From NCBI GenBank assembly GCA_963705105.1, contig CAVPIW010000006.1, positions 928,001 to 992,000 of the forward strand: a DNA stretch of 64,000 nt, written 5' to 3'. The notes beneath the pieces are model-generated. The model did not search any database. It saw only the letters and a program-made list of their open reading frames with translations, and was not told where the DNA came from. Positions 28,273 to 37,966 of this stretch are shown in pieces (position 1 is the stretch's first letter; the number at the start of each line of letters is the position of its first letter). This DNA is from an uncultured Nitrospiraceae bacterium. GTDB lineage: Bacteria > Nitrospirota > Thermodesulfovibrionia > Thermodesulfovibrionales > Dissulfurispiraceae. A program made the translations under genes and the position numbers.

Positions 28273-28662
28273 CTACCATTTTTCGACTGTCAAATTATCA
28301 ATGCCGTCGAAGTGGGCATCGTTTGTGACAAGTATCAAGGAATGGTGTTGAGCAATCGCAGCAATCCAGACATCATTCTCAGGTATGGGCTGGCCCTTAA
28401 CTTTCAAGTCATTCTTGATCGTCCCATAGCGTTTTGCAATGTCTGCAGTGCAAGACAAAACACTATTGTTGAGAACAAAGTCGTCTATGCGGGCAATATT
28501 TTCTTGAACCTTGGTAGATTTGTACGCACCGAAATAGAGTTCACCGATAGCAATGCAGGAAACGAATACTTCCTCTGCTTGAGTTATCCGATCATGAGTC
28601 AGGGGATTCTTTGCAAAGAGAGAGATAACAACGTTAGTGTCAAGAAGATATCTACCACTCAT
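28273..28662 (-). CDS. vapC: PIN-domain toxin
   Basis: YLLDTNVVI, GELYFGA, PIPENDVWIAAIA, LVTNDAHF. Confidence 0.92.
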   Translation of the reverse strand: MSGRYLLDTNVVISLFAKNPLTHDRITQAEEVFVSCIAIGELYFGAYKSTKVQENIARIDDFVLNNSVLSCTADIAKRYGTIKNDLKVKGQPIPENDVWIAAIAQHHSLILVTNDAHFDGIDNLTVEKW

Positions 28663-28873
28663 TTACATCAATGCGCTCGCAGTTTTCTTCGATTGCCTTC
28701 GACATTAGGCGCAGGTCATCATCGGAGATTGCTCCCTCAAAACGCAGGAGACTTTTCCCGGATACGCCTTTCGGCATAAGGGAGTTTACAAAATCCAATA
28801 CACGTAACTGCAGATCGTATGGCAGCTTATCCACTTGGGCAATAAGACTGTCTTTTATAAATGCTGTTGTCAT
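28652..28873 (-). CDS. Putative antitoxin (DUF2281-like) of the PIN toxin
   Basis: 73 aa overlapping the vapC start; LP...Q..VLDFV..L and acidic C-terminus. Confidence 0.75.
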   Translation of the reverse strand: MTTAFIKDSLIAQVDKLPYDLQLRVLDFVNSLMPKGVSGKSLLRFEGAISDDDLRLMSKAIEENCERIDVNEW

Positions 28874-28949
28874 AAGCCACCTCTTTCACTTGTTCCATTC
28901 TACCATGCCTGAATACGCCAGTGCACATAAAATGTGGCATCTTGCAAAG

Positions 28950-29140
28950 AGAGGTGGTCCCCATTGGTTGGACAGTTTGATGGCTGATTTAAGGTTGGAA
29001 CCACCCTTCATCATGCCACCATCAGTTGTGCAGAATAGCCTGCACGGGGTAACTTCCAGTATGCCTCATAGGGCATCCTGTCTCCAGAGATGAATGCGGG
29101 CGCTCCTCATTGTATTCCCCGATCCATTTGCCTATGCCAT
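28950..29140 (-). mobile_element. IS3-family remnant (3' end of transposase plus right inverted repeat)
   Basis: Minus strand encodes KWIGEYNEERPHSSL (frameshift) DRMPYEAYW; ends CTGTCCAACCAATGGGGACCACCTC. Confidence 0.7.
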
Positions 29141-29254
29141 TCCTGCGGAGACAAACAGGGACAACTTTTTATCATGCTAGTTATACTCCTGCTAAACCTA
29201 GTCGCGAACAGGTCTGACTGAAACGATAGAGGGTTCTTTGTCAAGAGTCAAGAC
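29070..29254 (+). repeat. ~185-bp direct repeat, copy A
   Basis: Nearly identical to 37742-37929. Confidence 0.92.
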
Positions 29255-29384
29255 GCGGACCATTTTCGCTTTTTATTCCTAACTGAGTGTGACCTCTCTT
29301 CCCCGCTGCACTATTTTTTACCATTTAATGATGTTTATCGAAAAATTGCGGAAGAAGAACCAGTCGCCCGTGGGTGAAGTTGAA

Positions 29385-30413
29385 GGGGTCAGCCCTTGAA
29401 TCTTGACAATATTTCTGCCCCTTCCTTCTCCCACTTCTTCCTCACCGTGTCCTCCTGCTCGAGCATTTTCATGATCCGTGAGTACCTGTGCGCAACCGCC
29501 GAAAAGGTGACTCCCCCGGCCTTCTGCCCTATCTCCCCGTTCAAAGCCGTCGTGCACTTCTTTGCGAGATACACGAACATGTCCCGGCTCCGTCCCCCTT
29601 CTCGTCCCTTCGTAATAACCTTTTCCCCGTAATAATCGCGGACTGCGTCAAGGAGTTTCTGCAGGTCAGGGGATCGAACATAATGACGCTTCGAGACAAC
29701 GTCCCCGAGCTCTCCTTCCTTCTCTATGCCCTCAACTACACGCTCGACAAATTCATTGCTTCCCAGCATCGCCTGTCCCACCACTTGATCGGCAGGAAAC
29801 CCGGGTGCTGATTCGATGCCCGCCTCGATAAACTGCCTGTATCTCCTTTGCGCCGCCCAATAGGTCGTCCCGTATTCCTGAAGGAGCCACTCCAGGGATA
29901 ACCATCGCGGTTTTTCCTCCTTTGCCAGATAAAAGCGGTAACTGCTCCAGGGATAGTCCTCGGGTCGCTCCACTATTCCGGCCCGGACGGGGTTGAGGTG
30001 GATGTACCTGCTTAATTCAAGAAGGTAGCCCTCCTTCTCGACGCAGAGGGATTTATACCTCCCCGCAAAGACGTGCCCGATCCATTCCCTTTGTCTTCTC
30101 AGATGGCTGCCGTAGGAGGACTGTATCATATGCATGGCTTTGCTGAGCATCCCTACAGGAATTCCCGTGAGCAGGTGATAATGATTGCCCATAATGCAGT
30201 AGGCGTAAACCTCGAGACCGTACCTTTCGACTGCTCTTGCGATGATCTGAAGAAAGAGATCCTTGTCTGAATCGTCCTGGAAAATAAATTCCGCCCTGTT
30301 GCCGCGGGACAGGATGTGATAGACGGCGCCCTCGTGCTCTATTCTGAGTGGTCGTGCCATGTAGACAGCTTAAGCGTTGCTCGCCACTCTGTCAAGATTC
30401 AAGGGCTGACCCC
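29385..30413 (-). mobile_element. RAYT-type element bounded by perfect 24-bp inverted repeats
   Basis: GGGGTCAGCCCTTGAATCTTGACA at 29385-29408 and its exact reverse complement at 30390-30413. Confidence 0.85.
29389..30360 (-). CDS. REP-associated tyrosine transposase (Y1 HUH) with C-terminal DnaA-like HTH
   Basis: MARPLR...YHILSRGN, AYCIMGNHYHLL (HUH), GHVFAGRYKS, RYIHLNPVRAG, YPWSSY. Confidence 0.92.
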   Translation of the reverse strand: MARPLRIEHEGAVYHILSRGNRAEFIFQDDSDKDLFLQIIARAVERYGLEVYAYCIMGNHYHLLTGIPVGMLSKAMHMIQSSYGSHLRRQREWIGHVFAGRYKSLCVEKEGYLLELSRYIHLNPVRAGIVERPEDYPWSSYRFYLAKEEKPRWLSLEWLLQEYGTTYWAAQRRYRQFIEAGIESAPGFPADQVVGQAMLGSNEFVERVVEGIEKEGELGDVVSKRHYVRSPDLQKLLDAVRDYYGEKVITKGREGGRSRDMFVYLAKKCTTALNGEIGQKAGGVTFSAVAHRYSRIMKMLEQEDTVRKKWEKEGAEILSRFKG

Positions 30414-30419
30414 ATTACA

Positions 30420-30667
30420 CCCCACACGCGTGAACGCCTGATTTATAAAACACACCCTTTCGCAGATGGAGGACTTCGCCGTCACGTGCCGGCTCGTCCG
30501 AAGTGTGTCACACCTCATATCCGGTTCCTGTTCGTCGCCCCGCGCTTTCGGATTGGGCTTCCTCCAAACTTTGCCTCACGACAAAGCCCTTGCCCTTCTC
30601 CTTGCCTTCTGCTTCTACCTGGCACGGGGACTTCCACCCCGTAAGTTCTGTGCCATGTCCGGCACAC
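30420..30667 (-). mobile_element. Second group II (class C/attC-type) intron 5' fragment
   Basis: Minus strand GTGTGCCGGACATGGCAC, GGGGTGGAAGTCCCC, GAAGGGCAAGG, GGAGGAAGCC, GACGAACAGGAACCGGATATGAGG. Confidence 0.75.
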
Positions 30668-30723
30668 ACGGCCCGGTTCAGCGGCGGCGCCTAAGCGCCG
30701 TCCGCTGCAGCCGGTTGTTAGCT
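30668..30723 (+). other. attC-like site 3, interrupted by the intron
   Basis: ACGGCCCGGTTCAGCGGCGGCGC-CTAA-GCGCCGTCCGCTGCAGCCGGTT-GTTAGCT palindrome with extrahelical bases and GTTRRRY-like end. Confidence 0.75.
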
Positions 30724-30783
30724 GCGACGTGGTTACCTATCTCCCCGCCCGGTCAGGTCTTGCTGACGGAACCCAGCCCTTCA

Positions 30784-32880
30784 TCAGCCACCAGAAGTGT
30801 CCGCCGGCTCATGCGCCTGCATCGGATCCTTGGCCGTTGGTGCGGTGGCTGGGACAGTCTTGGTGCCGGGCAACAACTCGAAGTCTGGCGTGAACGTGAC
30901 CAGGATGGCCCTGAGCTGATCGAAGGGCTTGCGATCGCCATCGAATTTCGCCTTGCCGGCTTTGATCAGGTCGTCGAACGTGGCTTTGCCGCCCATCACC
31001 GACTCCAGGTCGGAGCGGTTGACCGTGATGGTCAGGTCCGGATTCTTCGCTTGCTGGCCCTTGATGTTGGTCAGCGTCGCGTTGCTCATCTCCACCACGT
31101 ACTTTTCGCCGTTGTCAGGCGTCACGAGATTGATGACGAACTTCAGGTTCTCAGCCTTCTTGCTGTCGAGCCGTATGCCAAGGAAGTTGAGCCAGAGATC
31201 CGTCGACATGCCGCGGATCGTGTCCGGACCGCTGGTCTTGGGTGATGCACCGCCGGGCATGCCATGACGCAGCTCATAGGCCGCCCCCAGGAAGCTGTTG
31301 CGCACGCTCGGGCTTTCCTTCTGGTAGCCGATTTGCTCGTAGACATCGGCCAGCAGGTCCTTCGCAGGCTGGTTACCGGGTTCGGCGTAGACCAGCTTGT
31401 TCAGAATCTCTGTGGCTTCGCGGTACTTGCCCTGATCAAAGAGTTGTTTACCCTTGGACATGATCTTCTCCGAGCCGCCCATCATCTCGACGTACAGCGG
31501 CGCGGATTCTCGAGGCGAGAGCGGCATCAGCGTCGCCGGATTGGCGTCCCAGTAGCCAAGATAGCGATTGAGCACGGCGCGGCTGTTGTGCTCCGATGAG
31601 CCGTGGTAGCTGTGGGCCGCCCACTGGTCCTGGAGGCTCTTGGGTTGAGTGTAGACGTTGTGGATCTCGTTGATCGTCACACCCTGGTTGGCATGATGGA
31701 GCACATTGTTGTTCAAGTGGGCATAAGCGTCTCGCTGGGTGCGCATGATCTCCTGGATACGGTCGTTGCCCCAGCGCGGCCAGCTATGCGAGGCAAACAT
31801 GTATTCGGCCTCGATTCCATAACGGTACAGCGCCACGTTGATGTGCTTGGACCACGCCAGTGCATCGCGCACCAGCGCCCCGCGCAAGGTATAGATGTTA
31901 TGGATGGTGCTGGTGATGTTCTCGGCTGCCCAGAAGGCCTTGAACTGCGGAAACCAGGTGTTCATTTCCGCCGGCGCCTCGGTGCCGGGGGTGTTCTGAA
32001 ATTCCATGGTCACGCCATCAACGGTCAGAGTTTCAAAATCCTTCTCGATATAGCGTGTCGGTTCAATCAAACCCCCGTTGCCGGCAGCGGTATTCTTGCC
32101 GATCGACTGATCAACGTGCCCGAACGGGCTGCGCGGCAACAGCACCCCGTACTGGAAGAACAGCCGCCGGTTCATCGCGTTGCCGGCATAGACGTTCTCG
32201 GCGATCGCATGCTCCATGAAACCGACCGGGGCAATGATCGGCACTTTGCCGCTTTTCACGTCGGCTTCGCCCACCACGCCGCGCACGCCACCGTAGTGAT
32301 CGGCATGGGAATGCGAGTAGACGACGGCGACCACCGGCCGCTTGCCGAGTTTCTCGTTGATGAATTCCAGCGCAGCCTTAGCAGTTTCCTTGGCGGTCAG
32401 CGGGTCGAACACGATCCAGCCGGTATCGCTCTTGATAAAACTGATGTTGGCGAGGTCGTAACCCCGGACCTGATAAATTTTGCCCGGCACCACCTCATAC
32501 AAACCGTAAGCCATGTTCAGGATGGCCTGACGCTGTAACGAAGGGTGGATGCTATCGAAGTCCTGGCCCTGCAACAGCCACTCGTAGCTGCCCATGTCCC
32601 AGGCCACGTTGCCAGCCTCGGCCTTGATCTGCTTGTACGGTGGCGCGGCGATGAAGCCCTTCTTGGTTTCCTCGAAATCGCGCTTGTCCTCAAAGGGCAG
32701 GCTCTTGCGTAGACCGTTCTGCAGTTCGACGGTGAACTTCGACGACATCTTGCCTTTGGGGTCGAAGTGCTTGCTCGGGTCAGCGGTAACGATCGCGCCT
32801 CCGCCCGCCGCGAATGCGGACATCGAAATGCAGCAGGTTAATGTCATGCTGACAGCGGCTCTTTGTATGACGTTTTTCAT
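30784..32880 (-). CDS. Alkyl sulfatase (SdsA/BDS1-type MBL fold, dimerization and SCP-2 domains)
   Basis: Signal peptide, YQVRGYDLAN, YSHSHADHYGG, TPGTEAPAEM, HNIYTLRGALVRD, SHSWP. Confidence 0.92.
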   Translation of the reverse strand: MKNVIQRAAVSMTLTCCISMSAFAAGGGAIVTADPSKHFDPKGKMSSKFTVELQNGLRKSLPFEDKRDFEETKKGFIAAPPYKQIKAEAGNVAWDMGSYEWLLQGQDFDSIHPSLQRQAILNMAYGLYEVVPGKIYQVRGYDLANISFIKSDTGWIVFDPLTAKETAKAALEFINEKLGKRPVVAVVYSHSHADHYGGVRGVVGEADVKSGKVPIIAPVGFMEHAIAENVYAGNAMNRRLFFQYGVLLPRSPFGHVDQSIGKNTAAGNGGLIEPTRYIEKDFETLTVDGVTMEFQNTPGTEAPAEMNTWFPQFKAFWAAENITSTIHNIYTLRGALVRDALAWSKHINVALYRYGIEAEYMFASHSWPRWGNDRIQEIMRTQRDAYAHLNNNVLHHANQGVTINEIHNVYTQPKSLQDQWAAHSYHGSSEHNSRAVLNRYLGYWDANPATLMPLSPRESAPLYVEMMGGSEKIMSKGKQLFDQGKYREATEILNKLVYAEPGNQPAKDLLADVYEQIGYQKESPSVRNSFLGAAYELRHGMPGGASPKTSGPDTIRGMSTDLWLNFLGIRLDSKKAENLKFVINLVTPDNGEKYVVEMSNATLTNIKGQQAKNPDLTITVNRSDLESVMGGKATFDDLIKAGKAKFDGDRKPFDQLRAILVTFTPDFELLPGTKTVPATAPTAKDPMQAHEPADTSGG

Positions 32881-33119
32881 GAATGGACTCCTTGGTTGAT
32901 TAAAGCAGCTAACAATATATTGAATAGTTTCCTGATAATATCAGGAAACCCCTATCCTGTTAATGTGGCCTATAGTCTCAGTTGACATAGCTATCTACTA
33001 TTATACTTTAGTAGTTGTTCAATATACACAATGTGGCATTAGAAGCTAATCTGTTCAATACCGATACTCCCTGTTCCAGATAACATGCGGTGAGCACCGA
33101 CTACAGCAGGAAGTTGAAC

Positions 33120-33620
33120 GGGTCAGCCCTTGAATCTTGACACGTCAAGGGATCGAACATAATGACGCTTCGAGACAACGTCCCCAAGCTCTCCCTCCCT
33201 CTCTATGCTCTCAATTACACGCTCAACAAATTCATTGCTTCCCAGCATCGCCTGTCCCACCACTATCTTGGCAGGAAACCCGGGTGCTGATTCGATGCCC
33301 GCCTCGACAAACTGCCTGTATCTCCTTTGCGCCGCCCGATAGGTCGTCCCGTATTCCTGAAGGAGCCACTCCAGGGATAACCATCGCGGTTTTTCCTCCT
33401 TTGCCAGATAAAAGCGGTAACTGCTCCAGGGATAGTCCTCGGGTCGCTCCACTATTCCGGCCCGGACGGGGTTGAGGTGGATGTACCTGCTTAATTCAAG
33501 AAGGTAGCCCTTCTTCTCGACGCAGAGGGATTTATACCTCCCCGCAAAGACGTGCCCGATCCATTCCCTTTGTCTTCTCAGATGGTTGCCATAGCATATT
33601 ATCTGAAGAAGGCGATCCTC
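33120..33620 (-). pseudogene. Internally deleted second copy of the RAYT gene with one inverted-repeat end
   Basis: Near-identical to ~29670-30115; keeps GGGTCAGCCCTTGAATCTTGACA; HUH segment and C-terminal HTH missing. Confidence 0.88.
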
Positions 33621-33897
33621 CAATCAGATTTGGTAATGCCAGATTCTTCCCGAAATCTGCAGATAAGACGCGGGGAGCGGGTCTACTCAGTTCAGCCACG
33701 AACATGGCGTTTGCGCCGTCAGGTTTGGATAAGGTGCAGTGGGCGAGAAAAGCGTGCACAGTTAGCGGCTCTGAGATGAACAGAGTGCCGAAGTTGTGAA
33801 ACCACTCTGGCATTTGTACGCAGGCTCACTAAAGATACATAGCCTCCTATCCGATACTTTAAAGATACGAATACATATGCAACGCCGAGGGTGCGTC

Positions 33898-34155
33898 ATG
33901 ATATTCCAGGGTACGAATGGTCACTCGCGAAGGACTGCAGCTTGGCTCTCGCTGCTGACACTGCTTGTCTTGACAGAGGCGCCTCATATCGAGGTTGCTC
34001 ACTCAGCGACCTTTGCGGTCAACAGCACTGCCGACGCCGTCGATACCAGCCCGGGTAATGGGATCTGCGCCACTGCCGGAGGCGTCTGCACCCTGCGTGC
34101 AGCAATTCAGGAGGCGAATACCTTCGCCGAAGGAGAGCGAGATGAAGACATGTGA
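33898..34155 (+). pseudogene. Truncated CSLREA-domain exported protein
   Basis: Signal-like segment then ATFAVNSTADAVD..PGNGICAT..GVCTLRAAIQEAN, stop soon after. Confidence 0.65.
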
Positions 34156-35884
34156 GAACAAGAATGTTACAGTCTTATTCATATGCCTTATCGTCCCCCT
34201 CACTATTGCGGGGGCTCTTTCAACTATTTGTTTAGCCCACGCCGCAGGGACGCCTTCGGATCTGGCGCTAAAAGCTATGACTCAAGAGCTAAGCAGCTCA
34301 TTCGAGAATCTTAAGAAGACAGCGGCACCGCCGTATTTCCTTTCTTATGAATTGACCGATAATGATGCTATTCGTATCTCAAGTTCCTTCGGGGCACTGA
34401 CTGGAAGCGACGCGTATCGGACACGTGTGCTGGATATCGTTATACGGCTGGGCGACTATGCTCTGGACAATACCCATCCTTTGCGGGAAACTTCTCGATT
34501 TGCCGATTGTGAAAATCACTCGCAATCTTCCCGGATCCCGCTTGACAATGATCTGGATGCTCTACGCATGGCTATATGGTACGAGACGGACGTGAAGTAC
34601 AAGAAGGCGATCGAGTGTTTTGAGCAGGTCAAAGCCAACGTAGCCGTTAAGGTGGCGCAGGAAGATAGGTCCGGCGACTTTTCACGCGCGCCGACCGAGA
34701 AATATATCGAACCGGAAGTGAAACTCCGCTTTGATCGTGCTTTGTGGGAGCAAAAGATCCGGCAATATACTGAACCGTTCAGCAAACACGGTGCGATTAT
34801 GTATGCCAATGCAGAGATCACCGCCGAGATTGAGACGCGACGCCACGTCAACACTGACGGCACTGTGATTCAAATGTCGGGTCCACTGTATCACCTCACC
34901 ATTTATGCGTCGACAAAAGCTGATGACGGTATGGAACTACCCCTCCGAAAAACTTACATGTCATTCAAGCCGGAGAATCTGCCGGACGATAAGACTGTCC
35001 TTAGGGACGTTGAAAACATGATAAAGACGCTTTTGGCGCTGCGCAATGCGCCTCTGGCAGAGCCGTATACAGGTCCGGCTATTCTATCCGGAAGCGCAAG
35101 TGCGGTCTTTTTTCATGAAATTTTCGGGCACCGCATCGAAGGCCATCGCCAGAAGAATGAGGAAGAAGCACAAACGTTCAAAAAGAAGATCAATCAGGCA
35201 GTCTTGCCCGCTTTTTTGTCAGTGTATTCCGATCCGACTCAAAAGGAAATAAACGGAAAGGAATTAACAGGTTATTACGAGTATGATGACGAGGGAGTAA
35301 AGGCCAGGCGAGTAAATGTGGTTGAGGACGGGATTTTAAGGAATTTTCTGATGTCACGGTCTCCGATTGAGGGCTTCACGGAATCCAATGGACACGGCCG
35401 TAATCAGCAGGGCTATAAGGTTGTGGCACGACAGTCAAATCTGATAGTAGAGTCCAAGAAGGCAGTGAGTCGCGCAGAACTGAAGAAGATGCTTATTGAG
35501 CAGGTGAAAGCTTCAAATAAACCCTATGGACTGTTCTTTGACGAAATCGAAGGCGGCTACACTTCTACCCAGCGAAGCATACCCAATGCATTTACTGTTT
35601 TGCCGACGATTGTTTATCGGGTTTATCCTGATGGCCGAGAGGAACTTGTACGGGGGGTAGACATTATTGGAACGCCGTTGATAGCCTTGAGTAAGATCGT
35701 TGTTACCGACGACGAGGTCCGCATCTTCAATGGGATATGCGGTGCAGAGTCAGGTTGGGTTCCTGTTTCAGGTGTATCTCCCGGTCTTCTTGTTTCACAG
35801 ATAGAAGTGCAACGCAAAGAAAAATCTCAGGAGAAGATGCCCATCCTTCCGCCGCCTTCAATCGCTGATCGGGAAAGGAAATAA
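34142..35884 (+). CDS. tldD: TldD-like metalloprotease with predicted signal peptide
   Basis: GPAIL, FFHEIFGHRIEG (HExxGH), YDDEGV, SNGHGR, GICGAESGWVPVS; AGGAG RBS. Confidence 0.82.
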   Translation: MKTCENKNVTVLFICLIVPLTIAGALSTICLAHAAGTPSDLALKAMTQELSSSFENLKKTAAPPYFLSYELTDNDAIRISSSFGALTGSDAYRTRVLDIVIRLGDYALDNTHPLRETSRFADCENHSQSSRIPLDNDLDALRMAIWYETDVKYKKAIECFEQVKANVAVKVAQEDRSGDFSRAPTEKYIEPEVKLRFDRALWEQKIRQYTEPFSKHGAIMYANAEITAEIETRRHVNTDGTVIQMSGPLYHLTIYASTKADDGMELPLRKTYMSFKPENLPDDKTVLRDVENMIKTLLALRNAPLAEPYTGPAILSGSASAVFFHEIFGHRIEGHRQKNEEEAQTFKKKINQAVLPAFLSVYSDPTQKEINGKELTGYYEYDDEGVKARRVNVVEDGILRNFLMSRSPIEGFTESNGHGRNQQGYKVVARQSNLIVESKKAVSRAELKKMLIEQVKASNKPYGLFFDEIEGGYTSTQRSIPNAFTVLPTIVYRVYPDGREELVRGVDIIGTPLIALSKIVVTDDEVRIFNGICGAESGWVPVSGVSPGLLVSQIEVQRKEKSQEKMPILPPPSIADRERK

Positions 35885-37707
35885 TGGAAATGAGCACTGA
35901 ACTGGTCAAACGCTTCTTAGTCTCACTCACTGTAGTTCACCTCCTCCTGATTTTGGTTATTCCTTTGAGGGCAGAGGGAGATATTCTCATAAGTGCCATG
36001 AGTAATGAAATGGCACGGACAGTGGAAGATCTTCATATGCATCAGGCTGAAAAGCCGTACTTCATCGCCTATCGTGCGCAAGACATGATCTCATCGACAT
36101 TTGCAGCGTCTCTCGGCAGTCTGACGATCAATTATTCAAGCAAGAAGAGAACACTCAATGTTGAACTGCGCGTTGGCGACTATTCTCTCGACAATAGCAA
36201 TTATTTTTCGAGTCGGTTTTCTCGATGGGGCGGAGAAACGAATAAAGGAATTATAACCGCGCCTCTGGATGACAACTACCTGGAATTGCGTCGCGGACTC
36301 TGGCTCGCGACAGACGCGCAATATAAAAAGGCAATCGAAGATTTCTCAGCCAAGCGAGCAACGCTCCAGGCACGCAGGCGGACTGATAATATAAAGGACT
36401 TCAGCAAAGAGACGCCTGCAAAGATAGAGGAAACTTGTGCAGACGTGACAGTCAATGTTGCTGAACTTGAGCAATTGGTGCGTGAGGTGTCTCTTCCCTT
36501 CAAGAAGGTGCCCGAAATAACAAGATCGTCAATTTACATTGAAGCCAAGAACACCTGTACGCGATTTTTGAACAGCGAAGGTTCTTTGTTCAAACGCTCC
36601 GAGCCTCAGTTTAGCGTAACGATTACTGCAGAGTCACAAGCTGCTGATGGACTTAGACTCCACGATTCAGTTAAGTTCTTCGGCCGCAGTTTTTCAGATT
36701 TACCTCAGAAGAAAGAATTGCTCGCACAAGTGCACGAGATCGGATTGCGACTGAATAAATTACGCGACGCGGCATACATTGAACGCTATAACGGCCCGGT
36801 GCTCTTTGAGGATACGGCCGGCGGCGAAATGTTTGCCCAGGCATTCGCTCCGAACCTGGTTAGCTCACGCATTCCTACCAGCGACGATCCCAGATTTGAA
36901 ATATTCTTTAATCAGATGATCGCCCAAATGGAGGGCGGGGAAAATTTTCAGGAGAAGATTGGCGGCAGGGTTTTCCCGGCTTTCGTGAATCTTGTGGACG
37001 ATCCACTTCTAAATGAATACAATGGCATGAAGCTCGTTGGGTCGTTCAGAATTGATGACGATGCAGTGCCTTGCCGAAAGACTAAACTCATCGAAAAGGG
37101 CATTTTAAAGACCTTGCTTGCGTCCAGGGTGCCCGTCAAATCCATCGAACAAAGTACAGGCAGCCGGCACGGTTTTGGACCAGCACCCACCAATCTTATT
37201 CTTACTGCAGATAAGGCGCTCACCAACGCAGAAATGCGACAGGAACTTCTTGAGCGTGTGAAGATGCTCAACCTGGATTATGGCATTGTTGTGAAACGCG
37301 TAGGCAATGGAGCCAACACATTCCTGCGCTCGCTTGCAATGATGGATGGGATGCCGCAGTCAGGACCGTCTAATGTATTATTGGAGGTGTATAAGGTTTT
37401 TCCTGATGGACACGAAGAACCAGTGAAAGGAATGGAACTTAAGGGTTTTACACCTGCGGCTTTCCGAACTATCGTCGCCGTAGGCAATAAACCGGTCGTC
37501 TATAATGAACAGTTTTTGCCGAAAATGACTTCAATGTTTTCCATGTCAATGAGCGGTACTTCTTCAGACTACTTGCCGGTCGTCTCTTATGTAATACCGT
37601 CACTGCTGTTTGAGGAAATCACCCTTACAAAAGCAGCCGGCCCCTTTCCTAGTCCTCCAATAGTAGAATCTCCATTAATCCGAGCTTCAAGCCAAAGCAC
37701 AAAATAA
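35884..37707 (+). CDS. TldE/PmbA-like non-catalytic partner with predicted signal peptide
   Basis: Paralogous to the upstream gene (PYFIAY, RVGDYSLDN, YNGPVL, DDDAV) but lacks HExxGH; coupled stop/start. Confidence 0.78.
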   Translation: MEMSTELVKRFLVSLTVVHLLLILVIPLRAEGDILISAMSNEMARTVEDLHMHQAEKPYFIAYRAQDMISSTFAASLGSLTINYSSKKRTLNVELRVGDYSLDNSNYFSSRFSRWGGETNKGIITAPLDDNYLELRRGLWLATDAQYKKAIEDFSAKRATLQARRRTDNIKDFSKETPAKIEETCADVTVNVAELEQLVREVSLPFKKVPEITRSSIYIEAKNTCTRFLNSEGSLFKRSEPQFSVTITAESQAADGLRLHDSVKFFGRSFSDLPQKKELLAQVHEIGLRLNKLRDAAYIERYNGPVLFEDTAGGEMFAQAFAPNLVSSRIPTSDDPRFEIFFNQMIAQMEGGENFQEKIGGRVFPAFVNLVDDPLLNEYNGMKLVGSFRIDDDAVPCRKTKLIEKGILKTLLASRVPVKSIEQSTGSRHGFGPAPTNLILTADKALTNAEMRQELLERVKMLNLDYGIVVKRVGNGANTFLRSLAMMDGMPQSGPSNVLLEVYKVFPDGHEEPVKGMELKGFTPAAFRTIVAVGNKPVVYNEQFLPKMTSMFSMSMSGTSSDYLPVVSYVIPSLLFEEITLTKAAGPFPSPPIVESPLIRASSQSTK

Positions 37708-37741
37708 TGTAGTATCTTAGGGTGTTCAAGAAGATGCGTCA

Positions 37742-37929
37742 AGGGCGTCCTGTCTCCAGAGATGAATGCGGTCGCTCCTCATTGTATTCCCCGATCCATT
37801 TGCCTGTGCCATTCCTGCGGAGACAAACAGGGACAACCTTTTATTATGCTAGTTATACTCCTGCTAAACCTGGTCGCGAACAGGTCTGACTGAAACGATA
37901 GAGGGTTCTCCTTTGTCAAGAGTCAAGAC
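37742..37929 (+). repeat. ~185-bp direct repeat, copy B
   Basis: Nearly identical to 29070-29254. Confidence 0.92.
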
Positions 37930-37966
37930 CTGGCACCTATTTCGCTCTCCTCACCTCCATTTACCA

